Below are positions 40,630 to 50,406 of a DNA stretch of 64,000 nt, in pieces. The stretch spans positions 8,020 to 72,019 of the forward strand of contig JBGTGT010000054.1 in the NCBI GenBank assembly GCA_041746575.1, written 5' to 3'. The stretch's first letter is position 1. Each line of letters begins with the position of its first letter. A program made the position numbers and the translations under genes. The notes under the pieces were generated by a model that worked only from the letters and a program-made list of their open reading frames with translations, was not told where the DNA came from and ran no database searches. This stretch comes from Microcystaceae cyanobacterium (GTDB lineage Bacteria; Cyanobacteriota; Cyanobacteriia; Cyanobacteriales; Microcystaceae).

Positions 40630-41757
40630 CTAATTCTTACCTCTCTCCTCAATCAGTGACTTAAAAGAACGACGATTTAACCATTCTAAACGAGCTTGTT
40701 CATAGCGTCTAGACGGTAGCCATTGTTGAAGTTTGATCAGCATCTCAATATCTTTTAAGGTGATTTTTTCTGGGGGAGAAGACGGGTTCAAATGGGAGGG
40801 TTTAAACGGGGATAATTTTTTCATAGGCATCCTCAAAGATTGAACAAAATAGAACAGGATTAATACATATAAATCATGACGAATTAGCACCATGATTGGA
40901 TCTAATCGTAAAGCTTGAGCTAACCATTTTAACGCTTCTTGGTATTGATCATTTTCATTACTTTTGTGAGCTAAATAAATATAAAAGTTACTAAGAGACC
41001 ATTGATAAATAAAAGGAGGAATGTTGGGATGTCTTTTCTGTACCTTTTCGAGAACTAATTGCAGAGATTTAGCCATTGCGGAATAGTCTTTGGACATACT
41101 ATTGGATAATTGACGATAACCTACTAAAAATTCAGGAATGACTCGAAATTGATAAACCTCCGCCAAGCGAAGATACAAGTCCCAATCTTCACATCCTTGA
41201 GCCTTTTGACTCCTCAACTTTTCACTATAGTAACCCATTTTTTCAAAGCACTGACGGCGAATCACCGTTGCACTCGCATTGCCAATAAAATTGCGGTAGA
41301 GTAACTTCAAATAAATATCACCTTCATAATAATCGACATGAAATCCACGCATTAACTGGTCTTCTTCATCAATATCAATCGACCAAGCATAAACAATCCC
41401 CACTGAAAGGTCTGATTCACCAAAAATCGCCACGACTTTTTCGAGATATTGAGGATACCAAATATCATCTGCATCCACGGGAGCAATCAAGTCTCCTTTG
41501 GCTTGTTTAATTCCTAAATTCCGCGCGGCGGCAACCCCTGAATTTTTCTGTTGAAAAAACCTGATTCTAGAATCGTTTTCCATCCACTCTTGTACCAATG
41601 TTTCTGTCCTATCCTGTGAACCATCATCAATGATTAAAACCTCTAAATTACGATAGGTTTGATTGAGAACAGAGTTTAGAGTCCGTTCGATGAATTTTTC
41701 CGCATTATAGGCAGGAATAATCACAGAGACTAAAGGGGTTTCACTCTGATTTATCAT
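40630..41757 (-). CDS. GT2 glycosyltransferase
   Basis: VSVIIPAYN, DDGS, DADD and CEDWD. Confidence 0.92.
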   Translation of the reverse strand: MINQSETPLVSVIIPAYNAEKFIERTLNSVLNQTYRNLEVLIIDDGSQDRTETLVQEWMENDSRIRFFQQKNSGVAAARNLGIKQAKGDLIAPVDADDIWYPQYLEKVVAIFGESDLSVGIVYAWSIDIDEEDQLMRGFHVDYYEGDIYLKLLYRNFIGNASATVIRRQCFEKMGYYSEKLRSQKAQGCEDWDLYLRLAEVYQFRVIPEFLVGYRQLSNSMSKDYSAMAKSLQLVLEKVQKRHPNIPPFIYQWSLSNFYIYLAHKSNENDQYQEALKWLAQALRLDPIMVLIRHDLYVLILFYFVQSLRMPMKKLSPFKPSHLNPSSPPEKITLKDIEMLIKLQQWLPSRRYEQARLEWLNRRSFKSLIEERGKN

Positions 41758-43063
41758 CGTTTTTTGATCCTTCTAAAAATGTTCTCAATTGTTGCCCGAC
41801 GGCTTCTAAGGAAAAAGCTGTTTCTACCCGACGGCGAGCATTATAACCCCACTGACGGCGTATCAGTGGATTTTCAAGTAAATAAACAATTGCTTGAGCC
41901 AAAGCGGCTGAATTTTCCTTAGGAACAATGATTCCCCCAGAGATTTCTCCTCCCTCTAAAATATCCGCCATACCCGGAACATCGGTGGCGACAATGGGTA
42001 ATCCACTAGCCATGGCTTCTAGAGGAGCAACGGGAAACCCTTCATGACGGGAAGGCAAACAGTAAATATCTGCCGCCGAGAGATAATTAGCCATTTGGGT
42101 ACGATTTAGGATAAATTGGTCAATCCAGATAATATTTGTTAATTGCCTGTCTGCGATCGCTAAGCGTAACCATTCTGCATCGTTCCCAGTTCCGATCAAT
42201 AATAATTGACAATTGAAGCGAATTTGACTGATTTCTTGCCAAGCGTCCAACAAAATATCCAATCCCTTGCGCTCACGCTCTATGCGTCCATGATACACCA
42301 CAACCTCTGCATCGGGGACAATCCCTAAGTCTAAGCGTGTCTGATGGCGATTCCCGTCTTTCCAGTCATTAAGCTCTAAAGGGTTAAATATTTGGGCAAT
42401 TTTGCTATCAGGAATCTTGTAACGGGTTCTGACGCGCTCAATCTCTATTTGAGATGCAATGATTAATCCATCGCAATGACGCAACGTTAGAGGACGAATC
42501 CAGCGTTCAATTTCCCAAATCTGAAAATCTCCTCCTTGAAAGCTCGCGAAAACAGGAATTTTGAGTAATTTTCCCAATAAAATACAGGTATCAAAGCGAG
42601 GATATTCGTATTCTTGACAGATAATCCCTTGACAGCCTTCTTGCTTGAGTTTTTGATCCAGTAAATTTAAAGGAGTGGCTAAATAAGGTGATAATTGCCT
42701 TAAAATTGCAAAAAAAGAATAATTCAGCCTAAATACTTTTTTAAATGTCTCTTTTACTGAAGAACCGTAAGGGTTAACCATACAAACTTGAAGATATCTA
42801 TAGTATTGACTGACAGGTAAGAGCCAAATAATTGCCCCTGTCGGTGGATGAATGCGGCGCATGGGTTCGGTAATCTGAGCAGAGATACCGATTAAAACCG
42901 TCTGGATGCCAACTTTTTTTAGGGCTTCAACATAGCCAAATAACCATCCTCCTGTCATTTCTGTGCAAAAGGTTTCAAGGGAAATATTAATACTGTCTAA
43001 ATAATCTTCAATGACGTTTCCCCAAGGTAAAAGAGCAATCGTTTGATAAGAACTTTTTTTCAT
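41741..43063 (-). CDS. GT4 glycosyltransferase
   Basis: GRIERERKG and PSRHEGFPVAPLEAMASG. Confidence 0.92.
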   Translation of the reverse strand: MKKSSYQTIALLPWGNVIEDYLDSINISLETFCTEMTGGWLFGYVEALKKVGIQTVLIGISAQITEPMRRIHPPTGAIIWLLPVSQYYRYLQVCMVNPYGSSVKETFKKVFRLNYSFFAILRQLSPYLATPLNLLDQKLKQEGCQGIICQEYEYPRFDTCILLGKLLKIPVFASFQGGDFQIWEIERWIRPLTLRHCDGLIIASQIEIERVRTRYKIPDSKIAQIFNPLELNDWKDGNRHQTRLDLGIVPDAEVVVYHGRIERERKGLDILLDAWQEISQIRFNCQLLLIGTGNDAEWLRLAIADRQLTNIIWIDQFILNRTQMANYLSAADIYCLPSRHEGFPVAPLEAMASGLPIVATDVPGMADILEGGEISGGIIVPKENSAALAQAIVYLLENPLIRRQWGYNARRRVETAFSLEAVGQQLRTFLEGSKNDDKSE

Positions 43064-43071
43064 AAAATGGG

Positions 43072-44832
43072 TTATGATTTCACTTTTTTAAAAATATAAG
43101 CGTGCATAGGACTATTAGAAGGAAAAGGCCGATAATGAAATAATAAATTCTCTTGTTGTTGCCACTCTGACAATAAAGTTTGTTGAATTTCCTCCTCTGG
43201 CAAGATAATAATTAAATCTTCAAGGTTAGGGGATTTGATTTGAAAACAGTTATGGTTAGAATTCCACGAGACACACTTATTATTTTCAGCAAATTCAAGA
43301 GGACTGGTTAAGCGATAACTAAGTGAGTCGTTGATTTGACGATTTTTATATTTAAGAAAGCAAGAGAAATAATAAAGAACATACTGTTTGTTCGTATAGG
43401 GAAAATAAAGATTGACTTCATCGCTATCTCGTTGCTGAGAGTAATTCTGTAGAAACTGAACAATTTGTACCCTAGCGTTGATAAAATTGAATCTCTCAGT
43501 AATAATCTTAGGAGTCTCATAAATATTTTGAATAACTAGAATTGTACCCAGCGCAAAGAGCAATAGTTTTCCCCAAGATTTTTGCAATATAGGAGAGAAA
43601 ACATGAATAATGTACAGAATAGCAATCAAATCAATAGGTGCTAAAAAATAATTGTTGATTAAGCCGATTTTTACATAGAAAAGAAAATATCCAATCGAAC
43701 CAATCGCTAAAGAATCCCAAAAAATATCTCCCTTTTTTCTCCAGTAAAATAAATAAATAAATCGGCTGATCGTTAAAATCAAAAATAAACTTAATAAGGG
43801 ATTTGATTCCACAAAGTATAAAAAGGCTGTTTGATAGTCTATTGAACGACTGGTGGCATAACTTATACTTCGATGAGGAAGATTAATTAAGATATAGAAT
43901 AAGACGAAAATAAAGCAAAGAATTAAAATAAAAAATTCAATTTTATGCACCTTAATAAAGTCTGATAAATTTTGTTTAATTAAATCCCGTTCTCGCCTAG
44001 CAAAGAATAACAATCTAATCAGAGCAAAAATGCTTAATAAAATAAAAACAGGTTCTTTATAATAGAGGGCAAAATGAGTCGCAATTAAAACTATGCCGAA
44101 AGCAAAAGTATAGCCTGACTGCGGAGGTGCAGTCATCGCAGGCACCGCCTTTTCAAGGCGGTGTACCGATGACTTTAAATAGCTTTTAAAGGCTAAAATG
44201 AAAATAATGAGCCAAACAATCAAGTTACGTTCCGGAATTGTCAGACTGAAGAACGAATAAGCAGTACTAGGCGTTGTCAAAATGAGAAAAATAACGCTTA
44301 ACTGTAACCAAATTGAGAACTCTTTTAAAAGAAAAAATAATAGGATAACAACAATTAAACACTGCAATATTGGTAAAGCAAAATATAACGGTGGCGATTG
44401 ACTAATGATTGTTAATAAGTTCCATTCTTGATGCCCCAATGGGAAAAAACGACCTTGATCTGGCCAAATGGGTGGACCATAAAATTTTCCATTTAAGATA
44501 TAATCAGTAAATATATCATTATCATAATTAGCAAAATCTTGTTTATAAAAAATCAAGAAACAATAAACAACAAGAAAAATAAAAAAAGCAATACTTCCTA
44601 AAAACTGAGAAAAAGACCAAGAAGATAAAGCAGAAAAATGAAGCGTTCTATGAATGCTCTTATCAGAAATTTTAGAGGATTTCAATTCAGGTAAACTCGC
44701 CTTAAAAAAAATCAAGGTAATGCTCATTAAAATCAGGAGCCATATCGCTGGGAAATAGGCTCGTAAAAGGGATGAAAGCGTGTCTAGCATCTTTATATTT
44801 ATATTAATTTCAAATTTTATATCATTACTCAA
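43072..44832 (-). CDS. Polytopic membrane protein (putative GT-C glycosyltransferase) carrying an in-frame palindromic insert
   Basis: Many TM segments; DFANYD, GRFFPLGHQE, PERN and YYKEP. Start codon uncertain. Confidence 0.65.
   Translation of the reverse strand: MSNDIKFEININIKMLDTLSSLLRAYFPAIWLLILMSITLIFFKASLPELKSSKISDKSIHRTLHFSALSSWSFSQFLGSIAFFIFLVVYCFLIFYKQDFANYDNDIFTDYILNGKFYGPPIWPDQGRFFPLGHQEWNLLTIISQSPPLYFALPILQCLIVVILLFFLLKEFSIWLQLSVIFLILTTPSTAYSFFSLTIPERNLIVWLIIFILAFKSYLKSSVHRLEKAVPAMTAPPQSGYTFAFGIVLIATHFALYYKEPVFILLSIFALIRLLFFARRERDLIKQNLSDFIKVHKIEFFILILCFIFVLFYILINLPHRSISYATSRSIDYQTAFLYFVESNPLLSLFLILTISRFIYLFYWRKKGDIFWDSLAIGSIGYFLFYVKIGLINNYFLAPIDLIAILYIIHVFSPILQKSWGKLLLFALGTILVIQNIYETPKIITERFNFINARVQIVQFLQNYSQQRDSDEVNLYFPYTNKQYVLYYFSCFLKYKNRQINDSLSYRLTSPLEFAENNKCVSWNSNHNCFQIKSPNLEDLIIILPEEEIQQTLLSEWQQQENLLFHYRPFPSNSPMHAYIFKKVKS
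44113..44174. repeat. GC-rich palindromic element inside a coding sequence
   Basis: AGTCATCG/CGATGACT (44131-38/44167-74) encloses CACCGCCTT/AAGGCGGTG. A second hairpin, TGACTGC/GCAGTCA, spans 44116-35. Confidence 0.75.
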
Positions 44833-44863
44833 AAATCATGAGAGACTTAGATAATCATCTTTA

Positions 44864-45886
44864 TCAATCATAAAGAACATTGGTCTTCACTTTACCATGA
44901 CGCTTTAAGTGCCATTGCCACGCATGGGTCATAATGGTTTTTAAATCAGGATATTGGGGTTGCCATCCTAATAGTTGACGAGCCTTTTCACTACTACTAA
45001 CTAAAATAGCGGGATCTCCTACCCTGCGATCGCAGATTTCGACGTTGATTTCTTTTCCTGTAATTTCTCTAGCGATATCAATGACTTGCTGTACAGAAAA
45101 GCCTTGACCATTACCCAGATTCAAAATTTGACTATCACCCCCATTGAGTAAGTATTTTAATCCTAATAAATGGGCGTGTGCTAAATCTACCACATGAATA
45201 TAGTCTCTCACACACGTTCCATCTGGGGTTGGATAGTCACTGCCAAAAATCGAAATAGATGATTGTTTGCCTAAGGCAGTATAAAGGACTGAGGGAATTA
45301 AATGGGGTTCAGGATCATGATCTTCCCCTAATTCTCCGTCAGGATCAGCCCCCGCCGCATTAAAAAAGCGAAAACAAACATATTTCAAGCCATAAGCTCG
45401 ACTGAAATCCGCTAAGAGTTGTTCCACCATCTTTTTGCTGGCACCATAGGGATTAATCGGAACTTGTGGATGAGCTTCGTCAATGGATAGGGTATGCGGA
45501 ATCCCATAAGTCGCGCAAGTAGAAGAAAAGACCAAATGATCAATACCCATCTGCATCATTGCCTCTAGAAGGGTTAATGTTCCGGCTACATTGTTACGGT
45601 AGTATTTAGCTGGGTTGTTGATGGATTCTCCTACATAGGCATCGGCGGCAAAGTGAATTACGGCATCGATAGCATAATCGCTTAAAATCTGTTTTACCAA
45701 AGCGCAATCGCTGATATCCCCTTGAATAAAGGGAACGTTCAATACATTTTTTACGATATCTTCATGACCGTTACTCAGGTTATCTAGAATGACCACGTTA
45801 TAGCCAAAGCTAGCAAGTTCTTTAACTGTATGAGAGCCAATATAACCGGCTCCCCCCGTCACTAAAATTTTCGGTGAGATTAACAT
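44864..45886 (-). CDS. galE: UDP-glucose 4-epimerase
   Basis: GGAGYIGSH, SSTCATYG, YGASK and DGTCVRDYIHV. Confidence 0.95.
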   Translation of the reverse strand: MLISPKILVTGGAGYIGSHTVKELASFGYNVVILDNLSNGHEDIVKNVLNVPFIQGDISDCALVKQILSDYAIDAVIHFAADAYVGESINNPAKYYRNNVAGTLTLLEAMMQMGIDHLVFSSTCATYGIPHTLSIDEAHPQVPINPYGASKKMVEQLLADFSRAYGLKYVCFRFFNAAGADPDGELGEDHDPEPHLIPSVLYTALGKQSSISIFGSDYPTPDGTCVRDYIHVVDLAHAHLLGLKYLLNGGDSQILNLGNGQGFSVQQVIDIAREITGKEINVEICDRRVGDPAILVSSSEKARQLLGWQPQYPDLKTIMTHAWQWHLKRHGKVKTNVLYD

Positions 45887-45947
45887 TAAATTGCGATTAT
45901 ATTTAAGATAAACATTGAAAATAAGGTCAGGAAAGGGAGAATTTTTT

Positions 45948-46826
45948 CTAATGATTACTTGTGCGATATTTTTCTACAAAAAAGCCAGAAGCATTGGCGA
46001 TTTGAGATAATAAAAAGAGAAAAGCTACAGAAATTTGAGAAGTGTCATTCACTTTTATGAAAGGATATTGTAATAATTTAAAATAAAAACTTAACGGCTC
46101 AATTTTAACCTCTTGCTGATTTCTTTGCGCACGATTTTGATGAAAATAAAAAGCTCCTCGTCCATAATTAAAATGCTGTCGGTAAAACGTTTTAAGAGTT
46201 AAATGATGAGAATGATACACAATCGCATCTTTTTGATATCGTAGGGGATATCCAAAATGTTTCCAGCGATCACAAAATTCCCGATCTTCTCCTGCTGCGA
46301 GGGTAAAGGTGGTCGCAAATTGCCCAACTTTTTGAAATAAGTCTTTGGCAACGGCAAAATTGTTGGAGGTAAAAAACTGAGCCGAATCAGCGTTGTAATA
46401 ATCGTAGAGATAATCAATCAGTAACTGACTAGCGGCGGAATAAGGATTATCCGATAGGGCGTTGATGGTTCTTCCGCCTAAAAGCGCATTGGGCGTCTGA
46501 GAAAACCCTTTTTCAAGGGCTGAGAGCCAATTTTGAGCAACCCGACAATCATCATCGGTAAAGGCTAAATATTGCCCTCTCGCTGAATTTGCGCCTGTAT
46601 TACGGGCGGTGGCAGGGCCAGCATTGACTTGCCGAATTAAGGTCAGATTAAGAGAGTGACGATAATCATTAACGAGAGAATCTAGGGGATCTTTACTGCC
46701 ATCATCTACAACAATAATTTCAAAGTTATGCCCTTGATAATTAAGATTTTTGAGAGAATCTAAGCAGTTTGTCAAACGTTCAGGGCGATTATAAGTGGGA
46801 ATAATGATCGAAAAAAATACGGTCAT
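45948..46826 (-). CDS. GT2 glycosyltransferase
   Basis: IIIPTYNR, DDGS, FTDDD and GEDRE. Confidence 0.92.
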   Translation of the reverse strand: MTVFFSIIIPTYNRPERLTNCLDSLKNLNYQGHNFEIIVVDDGSKDPLDSLVNDYRHSLNLTLIRQVNAGPATARNTGANSARGQYLAFTDDDCRVAQNWLSALEKGFSQTPNALLGGRTINALSDNPYSAASQLLIDYLYDYYNADSAQFFTSNNFAVAKDLFQKVGQFATTFTLAAGEDREFCDRWKHFGYPLRYQKDAIVYHSHHLTLKTFYRQHFNYGRGAFYFHQNRAQRNQQEVKIEPLSFYFKLLQYPFIKVNDTSQISVAFLFLLSQIANASGFFVEKYRTSNH

Positions 46827-46912
46827 GATTAGGAAGTAGGAATTAACTTTTTCGTCTTCTCACTGGTTAAACTTTAGCTCACCTTTAATCTAAATTGACA
46901 GGAACCTAATTT

Positions 46913-48376
46913 TTAGGCTTTTTCGGGAGAGGATTTGGCTAAAGTAAGACGAAGGAATTCTTGTAATTGTTGGAAAAGTTCGGGAGCAAATAGACGAATG
47001 GAGAGTCCATAAACCCCAATCCCTCCTAAACTACAAATTAAAATTGTAAGATAGGGCTGGATACTTTGGGGCAACCAGCCTTTGAGAATAGCCATAGAAA
47101 GCATCATTAGGATGGCACTGCCTAAAGGGGCAAGAAATTGCCGTAAATAGGTCAAAATAGGGGTATGAATGAGCAGACTGACCATCCATTGTCCGACAGG
47201 AAACATTAGATAGCCTCGAATCACATAAGCAAAAGCAACGGCGATAATACCCCAACGAACCGCGATCGCAAAGGCAATTATGTTTAAAATCGCGTTAATT
47301 AAGCTAAAATTTAACCGCCAATGGGGTTTATCCATCGCCAAAAGAACAGAGCTTTTGAAGAAAGAAACAGAACGTCTTATGCCCTCAAACGCTAATATCT
47401 GCAAAACTGGCACAGAAGGAAGCCATTTTTCGCCAAAAATAACAGAAATCGCTTCGGGTGCAAGGATGACGACACCTAAAAACGTGGGAAAAGCAATCAA
47501 ACTGGTGAACTGCGTTGCTCGATAAAAAACGCGCCTAAACTGTGCTAAATCATCTTGCAAGCGGGAAAAAATGGGCAAAGCAACTTGATTACTGGTACTG
47601 ACTAATAGTTGCGTCATAATGGTCAAAATTTTGTACGCAAGACTATAGTAACCAAGGGCGGTTGCGTCTATATAGTAACCGATGAGTAGGTCGTCGCCCC
47701 GCGTGCTACAGAAGCTGAGAAAATTAAACCCTAATGTGGTAATACCAAAATGCCATAAATCCTTAAAATGGGTCAAAGACACTTGAAAACTCGGTCTCCA
47801 GTCGCTTAATCTCCATAAGACAATTACGGCAACCAGTTCGTAGGTAATTTGCTGACTGACTAAACTCCAAACCCCAAATCCTGCCAACGCCATGCCAATC
47901 CCGACAATACCACTGATCATAACGCCAATTAAAGAACGGAGGGCGATCGCTTTAAAGGCAAATTGTCGTTCTAAAACGGCTTGCTGTACGGTGCTAAAAG
48001 AAGCGATAATAAACAGAACCGAAAAACCTCGTAATATCGGTGCAAGATTGGGTTCTTTAAAGAAATTTCCGATCCAATTGGCTGAAAACAAAGTAATACT
48101 GCAAAGAATTAAGCCAAAGCCTAAATTGAGCCAAAATGTCGTGTCCAAATGGGCTTTATCTAGCTGTTTTCGTTGAATTAATGCTTTAGCAAAGCCTTCG
48201 CTGAGGAAAATTTGCATAAAAGCCAAAAAAACATTGGCTAATGCCACTAAGCCAAAATCTTTAGGACTCAATAGGCGCGCTAAGACGAAAAAGACAAGTA
48301 AAGATCCTGCCTGACTCCCCCAATTTTGAATGGCTGACCATACTATCGCTTTTAAAGCTTTTTGCTTAATATTCAT
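46913..48376 (-). CDS. wzx: Wzx/MOP-family oligosaccharide flippase
   Basis: LARLLSPKDFG, ALIQR, about 12 TM segments and LGYYSLAY. Confidence 0.88.
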   Translation of the reverse strand: MNIKQKALKAIVWSAIQNWGSQAGSLLVFFVLARLLSPKDFGLVALANVFLAFMQIFLSEGFAKALIQRKQLDKAHLDTTFWLNLGFGLILCSITLFSANWIGNFFKEPNLAPILRGFSVLFIIASFSTVQQAVLERQFAFKAIALRSLIGVMISGIVGIGMALAGFGVWSLVSQQITYELVAVIVLWRLSDWRPSFQVSLTHFKDLWHFGITTLGFNFLSFCSTRGDDLLIGYYIDATALGYYSLAYKILTIMTQLLVSTSNQVALPIFSRLQDDLAQFRRVFYRATQFTSLIAFPTFLGVVILAPEAISVIFGEKWLPSVPVLQILAFEGIRRSVSFFKSSVLLAMDKPHWRLNFSLINAILNIIAFAIAVRWGIIAVAFAYVIRGYLMFPVGQWMVSLLIHTPILTYLRQFLAPLGSAILMMLSMAILKGWLPQSIQPYLTILICSLGGIGVYGLSIRLFAPELFQQLQEFLRLTLAKSSPEKA

Positions 48377-48412
48377 AAAAAATACGAAATAATCAACCTG
48401 CTATCTTAGCGT

Positions 48413-49141
48413 TTATCGATTCAGTTTCTGGGCTAAAGAAATGAACCATTTTTGACGATAAGATTGAGGAGCGAGAACAAATGAATATTCTTGATGACTA
48501 GGATTACGCAATTCTAAGGAAATATCAGCGGCAGAAATCATCTTGAAACTTTTTTCGAGTTGCTCAGCTAGGCTAGGATAACCCAATTTTTGAGCCATCT
48601 TAATGATTGTATCTTGATTGCGAAGATCGTAGTCCTGTTGTTTAGACTGATTGCAATAAACGATTCCTTGATCTAAATATTCCTCTAATTCATTCGCTAA
48701 ACGAATAAGTAATACATTTTTGCCTATATTATTCATTGTATCAATCTGCTCATAAATATGATTAAGCTGAGCTTTTTTCCAAGAAAGTTGAGCATACTTA
48801 GCAATATATTCTTCCGTTTTTTCTCCGACTATTCGTCTGACTTGTTTGCGCTTTGAATCAGAAATTCCGTATTTTTTAAATGAGCCAAAATCGCCTTGTT
48901 GATAGGTAGCATGAAGAAGTCCCGCCGTAATGATTTCAGATGATACTTGGAGCCATGTCAAAATGCTGGCTGTTCCAATTAAATGGGCGATAAATGTTTT
49001 ACCAGAACCTCGAAAGCGACCTGTAAATAAGGAAATTGCTAATGTATAGCCTTGAGATACCCGTTGCATCTCATCTTGACGGTAACCTTTTTGTTGTAAT
49101 TGATTAAACAGTTGAATATTAGTTTGTGAAAATAAGTGCAT
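48413..49141 (-). CDS. HD-like domain protein (DUF6817-type)
   Basis: RGSGKTFIAHLIGTASIL...AGLLHATY: RelA/SpoT HD-like, but the HD Asp is replaced by Ala. Confidence 0.65.
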   Translation of the reverse strand: MHLFSQTNIQLFNQLQQKGYRQDEMQRVSQGYTLAISLFTGRFRGSGKTFIAHLIGTASILTWLQVSSEIITAGLLHATYQQGDFGSFKKYGISDSKRKQVRRIVGEKTEEYIAKYAQLSWKKAQLNHIYEQIDTMNNIGKNVLLIRLANELEEYLDQGIVYCNQSKQQDYDLRNQDTIIKMAQKLGYPSLAEQLEKSFKMISAADISLELRNPSHQEYSFVLAPQSYRQKWFISLAQKLNR

Positions 49142-49143
49142 GA

Positions 49144-50388
49144 CTATTGACCTTGTTTAAGTTCTTCGTGTTTTTCTCGCCACGCTTCCCTGATTAGAAA
49201 AATCAACATAAATAACCAAGCGAGGGATTGAAATGTCACAAATAGCGATGACCAAGGAGGAGACGCTTCAAGTATATTGCTAGGAACGAATGCTAAGATA
49301 AATAACAGAACTAATAGCCAATTTCCCCCTTTAATCCCTTGTCGTTGGTGATTTTTAATAATTTGATAAATTGCAATTGTGGGCAATAGCATGATAATAT
49401 CGTCATATTGGCGATGATATGTCCAAACCCGAGCAATAATGCCAGTGACTCCTAACAAAAGCCATAAATTGACCCGACGATGGTAATAAATCCAAACTCC
49501 CAACCCGATTAAAAATAGCAGGGTTATCGGTGTAGTTAGAGAAAAAGATAACTTGATAGAATTACCAGAAGCCGTTGTCAACTGATTAATCTGATTAATC
49601 ATGGTTTGTTGATTGGCATATCCGCCCTCACTTGCCCCCCATTCCGCCCCGCTTCTTGCTCTTTCAAACCAAGTTAATAATAAGCTAAGAGGATGAGTCG
49701 GTTGAAATGAACTGGCAACGAGGGTTAGCATTCCATACAATAAACTCACTAAAATGAAGGGGCGAAATCTTTGATTGGGATAGGCAAATAAAAGAATCCA
49801 AGCAAACGGAATCGAGAGATTGGGTTTAATCATGCCCCAAGTTACCATTCCTGTTGCCAATAAATCTTTCCCCCATCCCCGTTGTTTTTGGCGAAAGATT
49901 AACAAGCCTCCCACAAGTAAAGGAATCAGGGCAATACCTAATTGAGCATTACCAATCGTGGCTCTTGTGGCATAAAATAAGGGCAATAAGGCGACTAATG
50001 CCTTCTCTGACTGGGTTTCGGCTTTACTCTCTCTAACGGTCAAATAAATAAGTCCAACTAAGGCAACAACCGTAAAAATCGTCCAAAGCACTCTAGCAGA
50101 GGGAAAATCTAACCAACCCGTGAAGGGATATAACATTAAGTAACTGGCAGGAGGATACACTGCACTTTCAATCGTGTGGTAAACATCAACCCCAGAAAAC
50201 CAAGGTTTGACGGCTTTCGCAAAAACCCCCAAATCAACCGCACCCGATTCACCTTGAACCCAGAGAAGGCGATAGAATTCTTTGCTTAAACGATTAATAA
50301 CAGAAATAGCCAAAAAGCCCCAAACAACCCAAAGAAAGTGTTTTTGGTGACGCTGCCATTGATTTTCAGGGTCTTGCTTTGTTAACAT
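49144..50388 (-). CDS. GT87 family membrane glycosyltransferase (GT-C)
   Basis: AVDL, VYPPAS, GNAQ, IKP and YHRQYD; multi-TM. Confidence 0.75.
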   Translation of the reverse strand: MLTKQDPENQWQRHQKHFLWVVWGFLAISVINRLSKEFYRLLWVQGESGAVDLGVFAKAVKPWFSGVDVYHTIESAVYPPASYLMLYPFTGWLDFPSARVLWTIFTVVALVGLIYLTVRESKAETQSEKALVALLPLFYATRATIGNAQLGIALIPLLVGGLLIFRQKQRGWGKDLLATGMVTWGMIKPNLSIPFAWILLFAYPNQRFRPFILVSLLYGMLTLVASSFQPTHPLSLLLTWFERARSGAEWGASEGGYANQQTMINQINQLTTASGNSIKLSFSLTTPITLLFLIGLGVWIYYHRRVNLWLLLGVTGIIARVWTYHRQYDDIIMLLPTIAIYQIIKNHQRQGIKGGNWLLVLLFILAFVPSNILEASPPWSSLFVTFQSLAWLFMLIFLIREAWREKHEELKQGQ

Positions 50389-50406
50389 AACGTAAAATAG
50401 GTGATA

